Source: Mustelus asterias (taxonomy: Eukaryota). Taken from it: 64,000 bases of DNA. Both the position numbers and the translations under genes were made by a program. The notes under the pieces were generated by a model. That model was not told the origin of the DNA. It did no database searches and worked only from the letters and a program-made list of their open reading frames with translations. The DNA lies in contig NC_135823.1 of the NCBI RefSeq assembly GCF_964213995.1, forward strand, positions 186,001 to 250,000, read 5' to 3'. Each line of letters opens with the position of its first letter. The stretch's first letter is position 1. Positions 21,213-32,444 of this stretch are shown here, in pieces.

Positions 21213-24200
21213 GTCTTCGATATTGTACTCTGTATATTGAAGAGTAAGGTCTTTTGATTTTTGGATAAGAACAGAAACGAGGTATTTGGAGATAGTGTGG
21301 CAAAATGGAACTGGGGTACAAGGTCTCGCTGAAGGAAATGCCTTCTCTTGCTCATGTTTCGCACCTGTATGCTCAGGGTCTCAACATTTTGACAAAGCCT
21401 TTGGTAGCCATGGGGTGCTGCTGGGAAACACATCCTTGCATTAACACATGGTGGGGGAAAAACCTTGAACTCAGAATTGAGTTCTGTTGCATTTGCAGGA
21501 TGCGTTTGATTGATGTGTGTCACATGTTTTCAAATTTATGTCAACTGTAAAGTGGATTCCTAACCCTCCATTCTGAAACTGCGCACATCAGTGGCGGCAC
21601 TGTCGCACACTGGTTAATACTGCTGCCTCACAGTACAAAGGACCTGCATTCGATTCCCAGCTTGGGTCACTATCTGTCTGGAATTTGCACCTTCTCCCCG
21701 CGTCTGCGTGCGTTTCCTCCAGATTCTCCTGTTTCCCCCCACTGTCCGAAAGCCGTTCTGCTCAGGTGCATTGATCGTGCTGAATTCTCCCTCAGTGTAC
21801 CTGAATAGGCGCTAAAGTGTGGCGATCAGCGGATTTTCACAATAACCTCATTGCAGTGTTAATGTAAGCCCACATGTGACAGGAATAAAAAAAAACTTTA
21901 ATGCTCTCCAGCATGCTATCTCTCTGAAAGTTTTCTCCCCTTCATCTTCGTCCATCACCTCGTAAATTTGATTTTTCCAAATATTTATTCATTTTGATTC
22001 GCAAACCTCTTTTACGGTGGTACAGTGCTGCCTCACAACGCCAGGGACCCGAGTTCGAATCCTGGCTTCGGTCACTCTCTGTGTGGAGTTTGCACGTTCT
22101 CCCCGTGTCTTTGTGGGTTCCCTCCTGGTGCTCCGGATTGCTCACACAGTCCGAAGGATCTGCTGGTTCTGAGCATTGGCCATGCTAAATTCTCCCTCTG
22201 TGTACCCGAACAGGCGCTGGAGTTTGGCGACTAGCGGATTTTCACAGTACCTTCATTGCAGTGTTAATGTAAGCCGACTTGTGAAAAATAAATAAAATTT
22301 TAAAAATATTATCGATGAATTAGTTTGGTCGGATTTATTGCAAGAGGGCTGCATTATCAGAGTAAGGTTTACTGAAATGAAGGCGTAGAAGCCTTTGAGG
22401 TTTCTATCTCATTGAGTAGGTTGTATGCATATTTCTTCGGGTGCAGGGCAGTGTGTGGTAATCCCATTAAAATATATAAGATACTGGCTGGGCTTTCAGG
22501 GCATATGTTGATACGCTTTTTCTCCCACTTTATGGAGATTCTGGACCTGGGAGTGACAGTCTCCGGGTCAAGACTGAGATGGTGAGAAGTTTCGTCAGTT
22601 GCAGGCTTGTGATCCTTTGGGATTCTCTATTGCACAGATGTCCATGTGTTTTCGGGAATGAGCAGCACGTGAGGCAGAGCTAAAAGATCAGCCAAGTTCT
22701 AATGTCAGAGTCGATGGGCTGAAGGCCCACGTACCGTAGAATCCCCACAGTGCAGATGGAAGCAATTTGGCCCATCGAGCTTACACCGGCAACAATCCCA
22801 CCCAGGCCATATCCCCGTAACCTCGCACATTTACCATGGTTAATCCAGCCAAACGACACATCTCTGGACAACAATTGGAATTTAGCAGGGCCAATGCACC
22901 TAACTGCCACATCTTTGGACATAAAGGGGCAATTTAGCACGGCCAATCCACTTAATCTGCAAATCGTGGGACACTAAAGGGCAATTTAGCATGGCCAATC
23001 CATCTTACCTTCCCACCATTGAACACTAAGGGGCAATTTAGCATGGCGAATCTACCTAAACTGCACATTATGGACACTCAGGGGCAATTTAGCAAGGCCA
23101 ATCCACTTAACATGCACATCTTGGGACACTAAGGGGCAATTTAGCATGGGAGGAAACTGGAACACTCTGAGGAAACCCACGCAGAAACGGGGAGAACGTG
23201 CAAACTCAACAGAAGCAGTGACCCAAGCCAGGGATCCAACCCGGACCCCTGGCATTGCGAGGCACTGTGCCACCGTGCCACCCTACTTGCACCGACTCTC
23301 CAGAAGAGCAACTTACCCAGACACACTTTGCCCTCTAAAAAGGTATAATCGTTTGAAATGCCATCTGCTTTCTGGGTTCCAAATAATTTTTATTATTATT
23401 TCCACAGGAGGTCAATACTTCCAAAATAATTTAGAATTGTTCATAAGGGATCCTGCGACAGAGACTGTAGCTGCTTCCACTCCTGGCCGCACGGTGCCGC
23501 TCTAACTCTGGAGCACGCCTCTCCTACCTGTAGTCGCATCTTGCCCGCTCCGTTTCCCGGCCGCTGCTCTTTGTCAAATCCCGATCACGCGATCTTATTG
23601 GCAAGGGGGCGGCACGGTGGCAGCATGGTTCGCACTGCTGCCTCATATTGCCAGGACCCGGGTTCGATTCCTGGCTTGGGTCACTGTCTGTGTGGGGTCT
23701 GCACATTTTCCCCGTGTCTGCGTGGGTTTCCTCCAGGTGCTCTGGTTTCCTTCCACATTCTGGTTAGATGCAATGGCCATGCAAACGAAGGGCATGCTGG
23801 TCAGATGGAATAGCCATGCAAATTATCCGAAAGTGTTCCGGAATAGGCACCGGAGTGTGACAACGAGGGGGATTTTCACAGCAACTTCACTGCAGTGTTA
23901 ACGTAAGCCTTCTTGTGACGCTAACAGATGAACTAAACTTGAAAGGTTTAATGGTTGAACGAAGGGAAAATGGAGCGTAGACATGTGGCTGCACTTTTCA
24001 AGCACATTAAAGTTAAATTCATTAATTTGTAACAAGTAGGCCTACACCCATGATTGTCATTCTCAAATGAAGGCACACATTATCTGAAGTGTATTTATTG
24101 GTCACCAGTAGGCTTAGATTCACATTACAATTAAGTTACTGTGAAAATCCCCTCGTCGCCACACTCCAGCGTCTGTTTGGGTACACTGAGGGAGAATTTA

Positions 24201-24270
24201 GCATGGCCAATGCACGTCTTTGGACTCTGGGAGGAAACCAGAGCACCCGGAGGGAAACCACATAGACACA

Positions 24271-25182
24271 GGATTGTTGTTTGTGCAGACTCGATGGCCT
24301 CCTGCTGCACTGTAGGATTTTGTATTCTGTAACTTCTGAACTCAAAGTTCCCGACCTGGATCATCAAATACAGTTCCACTTGCTTATTGGATGACACAGA
24401 GGCTAATTGAAGACGTGAACTCTCTGGATGATGGCGAGCTGAAGACTTCCAAATATAGGCAGTGACCCCAAGCAAGGAATCGATACCGGGTCCCTCGTGC
24501 TGTGAGGCAGCGGTGCTATCAACTGTGCCACCGTGCTGCCCCAGGAACTTAGTCAATGGTGACTGGCAGAAGCAGAATCAATCAATTTAATGTTGTTACT
24601 GGAAAATCCGGGCTTGAATGACAACTATCTGTTCGTACCTAAATCGCCATTACCTCCAGTTGCAAGTGTCATTGATCTCTTTTTAGGCCAAGTGTCATTG
24701 AAGTTAACTCGAAATGTCAGGAAAATATTCCTGGAATGTTTCCTCAATTCACAAACATCATCAAATAAACTCGTGGGGAATATTTCAACAATCAAGCTTA
24801 CAATGATCGATGTGGACATACTATTCCATGTCAACAATGTATCAGAATGAAGTTTGGTTTATTGTGGAAGAAAGCAGATTTGTGTAACTCATTCTGTTTT
24901 GTAAGATCAATCTTTCATTTGAACAAAATGATAAACATACCACCAAATACAATGGATGTATCTAACTAATTCACAAGAAAATTATTTGGAAGTCTTCAGC
25001 GAGCCGTCATCCAGAGAGTTCACGTCTTCAATTAGGCTCTGTGTCATCCAATCAGCAAATCTCATGCCCTCAAGTGGAACCGTGTTTGATGATCCAGGTC
25101 GGGAACTTTGAGTTCAGAAGTTACAGAATATAAAATCCTACAGTGCAGCAGGAGGCCATCGAGTCTGCACAAACACCAATCC
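24271..25182. repeat. Local inverted duplication (arms 24271-24455 and 24983-25182)
   Basis: Direct reverse-complement alignment of about 185 bp with one ~14-nt indel and few substitutions. Confidence 0.9.
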
Positions 25183-25523
25183 CACCCAGCCCCTATCCCC
25201 ATAACCCCTTGTATTTACCCTAGCTAACCCCCCTGACACTAAGAGGCAATTTAGCTTGGCCAATCCACATAACCCGCACATATTTGGACTCTGGGAGGAA
25301 ACTGGAGCACCCGGATGAAACCCACACATACACAGAGTGAAAATGCAAACTCCACACAGACAGTGACCCAAGCTGGGAATTGAACCTGGGTCCCTGGCGC
25401 TGTGAGGCAGCAGTGCTAACCACCGTGCTTCCGTACATACTCTAAAGACAACCTTTCCTTCTCATGGCTGCATAAGAAGATTCTGGGGTGAAGATAAATA
25501 AGATGTTTCTGGTGTCAAGACTC

Positions 25524-26306
25524 TGTTAAGACCCAGGCCAGAATCTTCAAGGTGTTTTATGAAGATACCCTAGATCCTATGTTTACACTTTTGAATTTGG
25601 CACCCGTCAGCATAAGATGTTTCACGCCAGGTTTGATTAAAGATATCCACGAGGAAGCTTTTATCAAAGGAAATTTATTTAAGAATACGGTTACAACACA
25701 ATGAAAGGAATTAGCATAACATTGACCAATCATAAGATTTATACGTGATACAGTAAAAACCTTAACTGCGAGCTATCTATGGTATTCCAAGTAAAACACC
25801 ATCCCACCAACACACACCCCTTTGTAGACATGGCAGAAAGAGCAACTGTGCCCACGTGATACTAGGTTTTCAGCATTTTAACCTGCTGTATATTGGTCAT
25901 GTGGATGTTGGATTATATTTCTGAGGCTTCCGAGTCATGGAACTTTCTAAAAGCCTCTGGAGAGAGATAAAGCCGGAACCACACTACCTTCTCCCACGAG
26001 ATCCTGGAAGATGCGAAAACAAAACTAAAAACTTGGACTTTACTGTGGTAGAAAAGAATCTGCCCCCGGGCATCACCTGACCTGCCAATAATGCTCCACC
26101 CAGCAATTCCAAAAGGATCATAAAACCCGAGGACACTGCATTAGGTCAGATTAAAAATAAACATGGTGTTCATTACATTGCTCCAGTAACAATGAGAGAC
26201 ACTGGTTTCATACAAAACGATGCCAACAAAAGGCTAGGAGCTGCTTGAAGAAACCTGCAAAGAAAGATGATTAAAATACATTTCTTAAAGGCACTGTATC
26301 TTCACA
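25524..26306 (-). mobile_element. Solo LTR (Gypsy-like)
   Basis: TGT...ACA termini, 4-bp flanks actc/acgc (TSD with one mismatch), AATAAA on the minus strand; homologous in inverse orientation to 55469-56176. Confidence 0.65.
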
Positions 26307-29074
26307 ACGCAGTCTAGAGATTGATAGCAGAGAACAGACTGACAACTGAATACTCACAGGTGCCCTACTGCACTCAAGGCCCTCTTACAGACAACAAAGT
26401 ACAATGAGCAAAGAACATTACAGCACAGGAAGAGGCCCTGCGACTCGCCAAGCCTGCATACTGCCTATCGGACTAAAACCCGTACCCTTCTGGGGACCTT
26501 CATCCCTCCATTCCCATCCTATTCATGTATTTGTCCAGACGCCCCTTAAAAGTCGCTATCGTATTTGCTTTCACTACTTCCCCTGGCAGCGAGTTCCAGG
26601 CACCCACCAACTTCTGTATAAAAAAGAACTGCCTGGTACATCTCCTTTAAATCTTACTTCTCGCACCTTAAACCTACGTCCCTCATAATTGACTCTTCCA
26701 CCTTGGGAAAATGCTTTTGACTATCCACTCTGTCCATGCCCCGACTAATCTTGTAGAGTTCTATCAGGTCGCCCCTCAACTTCTTAGTCGTAATTAAAAC
26801 CCTGGACGCTATTTTGGAGGAAAGGAACCAACGTGCCGAAATGAGATCATTCGGGAATCAACACATTTCCTTGGGTTGTAACTTGCTTTCAGGAAGTAAA
26901 AGGGATTCCTGCATCACAGCAGTAACATAAATTTAATATGTTCTCAAAAAAATCTTGAACTGCCTACGACCTGAACTGAGGCATGAATCCACAAACATCC
27001 TGACTCAACAGAAAAATACTTCAAGTCAAACTGAATCACTCACGAATTAATTACATTTAATATGCGGCTAATAAATAAGTTACTTTCAATTAACAAGTCT
27101 AATGTAAATCGATTTTCCAGTCTTCGTCACTCTTGGGGTAAAGAACAATAGTGTCAATGTTGCCTCTTTGTAGACACATGATAGTGAGCTAGCGTTCGGG
27201 CTCAATATTTTCTACAATTAAGGAACTCGCTGATATTGGTTAATTGGGATTTGATTTGATTTGATTTGATTTATGATTGTCACTTGTTTGAGTATGAAGT
27301 GAAAAGCATTATTTTTTGCATGCTATACAGACAAAGCTTACCGTACACAGGGAAGGAAAGGAGAGATTGCAGAATGTAATGTTACAGTCATAACTAGGGT
27401 GTAGAGACAGATCAACTAAATGTGAGGTAGGTCCATCCAAAATTCTGATGGCAGCAGGGATGAAGCGGTTTTTGTGTCAGTTGGGACCTGTCTTCAGACT
27501 TCTGTATCTTCTTCCCAATGGAAGAAGGTGGAAGAGATTATATCCGGGGTAAGTGGGGTCCCTGATTATGCTGGCGACTTTTCCGAGTCAGCGGGAAGTG
27601 TCCTGATCATGTTTGGAGACTAGGGAGCAATTTAGTATGGCCATGAACTATGATGTTATTGAATGGTGGTGCAGGCTTGAACGGCCGAATGGCCTACTCC
27701 TGCTTTGTGCTCGTGAAAGTAATACTGTGATGGACAGTGTTGATTGGTAATAGATGAAACTTAAATGAATGTGGGCAATTTCAAATCATTTTTTTCTTCA
27801 TTGGATGTGGGCATCGTTGACAGGACCAGCATTTATTGCTCACCCCTAATCACTCTTCAATTACTCGGCTATTTAAGAGTCTATCACATTGCTGTGGGTC
27901 CGGAGTCACATGTAGGCCAGACCGTGTAAGGATGGCAGACTCCCTTCCCTAAAGGCCATTCATGAATGAGATGGCTTTTTACAACAGTTCCATAGTCATC
28001 ATTAGGCTTTTAATTTCAGATTTTTTATTGAATTCAAATTTCACCAGTTGCCATGGTGGGATTCGAACCCGGGTCCCCAGAGCATTTAGATTTATTTTAT
28101 TCAATTTCATTTAATCTCATTCATCCATTTTATTGTCATTCTTTTTCACTTCTATTTTTCCACTTCTCCATTCCAGCTCTCCTTGTATCCACACCCTCCC
28201 GCCCTTCAGTGCAGCTGCCACATTCCTCAGGCAGCCCTTTAACATTTTGTACCTCTTCTGCCATTCTTCCATTCTGATCACTTAATGGACACACTTAGCA
28301 CGTTATCAGCCTTCTCTATCCTCATGTAAATTGCCATTGTCCAATTCCACACCCCCTCCTGCCTACCCCAAGCCTATAAACCTTTGCTGATTCTTTTTGC
28401 TCTTAGCTCTGACGAAGGGTCATCGAGACTCAAAACGTTGGCTCTATTCTCTCTCCACAGATGCTCAGACCAGCTGAGACTTTCCAGCATTTTCTGTTTT
28501 TATTTCAGATTCCAGCATCCGCAGTATTTTGCTTTTACCCCAGAACATTCCCCTGAGTATCTGGTTTACGAGCCCAGTGACAATATCACTATGCCTCCCA
28601 TCGGAATGGGTACTGGGGATGAACTTATTTTGACACGGTGTTAAATGCAATGAGACTGTTAATTATGAAATTTGTGAAAGGGGTTCGATGATCGTATGTC
28701 CTTTTATTAGATGAGATTATTATTAGTGCCACAAGTAGGCTTACATTGCAATGACGTAACTGTGAAAATCCCCTAGTCGCCATACTCCGGTGCCTATTCG
28801 GGGACACTGAGGGAGAATTTAGCATGGCCAATGCACCAAAAAGCACGTCTTTCAGACTGTGGGAGAAAAATGGAGCACCCGGAGGAAACCTATGTGGACA
28901 TGGGGAGACTTGACACAGACAGTGATCTAAGCCTCGAGTCGAACCCGGGTCTCTGGCACTGTGAGACAGCAGTGCTAACCACTGTGCCATCATACTGCCC
29001 GTCACGGACTACGTTGGAACAATCGCTCTTAAGTCACTTCTGCCTCAAAACACACAATTCTCGAACTATGAATG

Positions 29075-29360
29075 AAAGGAAATCACTGCGGATGCTGGAA
29101 TGTGAAGCCAAAAGAGAAAAGTCTGGAAAATCTCAGTAGTTCTGGCAGTATCTGTGAGGAGAGAACAGAGCTGACATTTCGAGTCCAGATGACCCTCTGT
29201 CAAAGCTAAGCGGCATGTCTTTTAACTTCGACAAAGCCTTCTATGCTTTTTAGCTTTGACAATGGGTTATCTGGACGAGAAACGTGAGCTCTTTTCTCTC
29301 CTTACAGATAATGCCAGACCAGCTGAGATTTTCCAGCATTTTCTCTTTTGGATTCTCAAA
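29075..29360. mobile_element. Inverted pair of Penelope-type pLTR remnants with degenerate hammerhead cores (related pieces at ~28250-28535, ~11340-11580 and ~11895-11930)
   Basis: agct(c/t)tgac..gggtcatc..gactcgaaacg..gctc motif plus gatgctg..ag..ctgctgag.tttccagca 3' flank, present on both strands. Confidence 0.6.
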
Positions 29361-29610
29361 CTATGGATCAAACACCTATGGCTTAAGGTTCAAATGTTAA
29401 AAATCAAAACACATTGTGTAAAAAGTATTTTGAGTAGGAGCGATTCACTCTGTTATGAAACAAGAAACTAGTTAGTATTTTAAAGACGTGCACATTAGAG
29501 CAACATTTATTCTAATATCCCAGTTAGACATCCCGTTAGGATCAGCCGCTTTCGTGAAACAAAGCCATAATTAGGATGTAGTTTAGAACACGGTTTTCCG
29601 TGATACTTAC

Positions 29611-29683
29611 TGCAAAGGGTCAACATGCACCACCCTAACAGAACAAAAACACTTAGAAACAGCCGTTGAATCAAACCATTCAT
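29611..29683 (-). CDS. Orphan signal-peptide-like exon (MNGLIQRLFLSVFVLLGWCMLTLC)
   Basis: gaaaATG start, 24 codons with Arg followed by a hydrophobic core, phase-1 consensus donor A|gtaagt, in non-repetitive DNA; no partner exon identified nearby. Confidence 0.4.
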
Positions 29684-30164
29684 TTTCGGGAGACTCTCAT
29701 TCGACAGTTGATATAATTAGAAAATTGAAGCAGTAAATTCAATGCTTCAGCTCCTCTGCAAGAGCCTGTAGCAATTATTCCACCAGGGAATGTTCGAAAT
29801 CATGGGGAGGAACAGAGCTGGGAGAGCAGAGCGAGATACAGACATCTTAATGTGATGACCCGAGGAGAACGAATTAATGCCACAACAGGTTCGGAAGTGA
29901 ACAGAGAGGGTGCTCCTTCCAGAGTGATTGAAATTCTCTGCAAAATGCTATCACCTTGAAAGTCAAAGAAAAGAGTCATTCGATTTTACAGCAGAGAGCG
30001 GGGCTTGGCAGCAGACAGAGCGAGGGAGAGAGGCGTTGGCTGTGGTCACGCTTGTTTGGTATGACCTTAAGAAAGACGCCTTGCTCACTGCCCTTTCAGG
30101 GAGTGCGCAAAGTACATCTATAGCAGAAATCGCTGGTCGAGATTCTGACCACGTTACGCTTTGA

Positions 30165-30500
30165 AACATAGAAACCCTACAGTACAGAAAGAGGCCATTC
30201 GGCCCATCGAGTCTGCACCGACCACAATCCCACCCAGGCCCTACCCCCATATCACTACATATATACCCACTAATCCCTCTAACCTACACATTTCAGGACA
30301 CCAAGGGCAATTTTTAGGATGACCAATCAACCGAACCCGCACACCTTTGGACTGTGGGAAGAAACCGGAACACTCGGAGGGAACCCACGCAGACACGAGG
30401 AGAATGTGCAAACTCCACACCGAGAGTGACCCAAGCCGGGAATCGAACCCAGGTCCCTGGAGCTGTGAAGCAGCAGTGCTAACCACTGTGCTACCGTGCC
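30165..30500 (-). mobile_element. HE1-type V-SINE
   Basis: Reverse complement of the 923-1257 consensus. Confidence 0.9.
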
Positions 30501-32444
30501 ATACCGATTGAGACAGAAAATTGTCTGAGACGGCAGCTCACTGTGGTTTTTCGTTTTTTACAGTTGAGGCGCTTCACCTACCCAACAGCCTCCAGAGATC
30601 AGAAGCTGAGACACAATGTTAAACCGCAGAGAGAAGACGGTTGGGCATTCAAGATAGATTAAGCTGATCAGAGAACCTGTTTGTTTACAATTAAGCCATA
30701 TTCCAGGAACCGATTCAGAAGACAATTAGTCACTATTTGCTAGCATTCCGAGGATTGGGTACAATTAGCAGAAACCCCCTCTGATTCACAACATACGCAC
30801 GCAAGTCACAAATAATTCATAGAATATTTTCACTTCTCTTGATGAGGCAGGTTGCATCAGGAATCATGTGCAACCTCTTTACAGAATGAATTAGATTGGA
30901 CACAATTACATTACGGCATGCTGGCACAGCGGTGAGCAGTGCTGCCTCACCGCGTCTGGGACCTGGCTTCGATTTCCGCCTTGGGTGACTGCGTGGAGTT
31001 TGATGTTGTCCTCATGTCTGCGCAGGTTTCCTCTGAGTGCTCCGGTTTCCTACCACAGTCTGAAAATGCGCAGGTTGGATGGATTGGCCATGCTAAATTG
31101 CTCCTTAGTGTCCAACTATCTGGAGGTCAGGTGGACCAGCCGTGCAGAATTGTCCCTTAGTGTTCAAAGATGTGCAGGTTAGGTGGATTGGCCGTGCTAA
31201 ATTGCCCCTTTGTTTTCAAAGATGTGCAGGTGAGCTGGATTGGCCATGCTAAATTCCCCATGAATGCCCAACGACGTATGGGTTAGGTGGATTAGCTGTG
31301 GTAAATCTGCAAAGTTATGGGGATAAGGTGGGGTGACGTGACCTGGGTAAATTGGTGCTTCCTTCTGCACTGTAGGATGTCTATGATTATATTCCGAATT
31401 CCTTTCGTTTCGCATTGTAGCACAAAGGGTTCTACCCCCAGACGACAGGGACAGATTAACAGGAACACCAAAATGATAACGTGCCCCTCGAAAATGCGGA
31501 GCATTCTGATTTGGAACTATATCACCAACTATTCCGTCACTGCCCCGGTTACAAATCTGGTGACTCCTTCCCTAAAATGAACTGTGAGCAAACACAGGGA
31601 TTAAAGAGGATGGGTCATCATAGAATCATCAAACCCTACAGTGCAGAAGGATGCCGTTCGGCCCATCGAGTCTGCACCGACCACAGTTCCACGCAGGCAC
31701 TATCCACATAACCCCATGCATTTACCCGAGTTAGTCCCCCTGACCAACTATCCCCATAACCCGATACATTTACCCTAGTTGGTCCCCCTGACACTAAGGG
31801 GCAATTTAGCATGGCCAATCCACTTAACCGGCATATCTTTGGACAGAAAGGGGCAATTTAGCATGACCAATCCACGTAACCCGCACATCCTTGGACACGA
31901 AGGGACAATCTAGCATGGTCAATCTACCTAATCTGTACATCTTTGGACACTAAGGTGCAATTTGGCATGGCCACTGCAGCGAACCTGCACATCTTTGGAC
32001 ATCATCATCTTGGAAAGAAAAATACACTCTGCCCTTGCCAAGGAAATTCACATCCCGTGAATGAATTGAAATTTAGCTGAAATAGAAAACATATCACCAC
32101 ACAATTACTGTACAATAACACTCCCTGAAGACACGCTGCCAGTTCACCGCTGTGACGCACGGTCGATGACCACACGGTGTCAAATGAATTGGAATTCACC
32201 AGCACACCGCACCAAACTTGTGTCATACTTTCCATTGCATAGCTCGTCATAATTTCCACTGTATCTGAAAGGGACGAAACTCTCTGGGTCTGAGCTGAGG
32301 TCAACCTGCGGCCATTAACCCTACAGAAACCAACTGGTCACATAACACGTAGAAATAACGCGTAAAGGTATCCAAAGAATGCTTATCTGGAAGACTTATT
32401 TTCTTGCTGTGGCGTGTTTATGACAAGTGAAAGAAGGTAAGAAC

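Noticed and set aside
30539-30555. cactgtg adjacent to ggtttttcg (RSS-like heptamer and nonamer)
   Set aside because: Wrong order, no spacer, and no adjacent gene segment.
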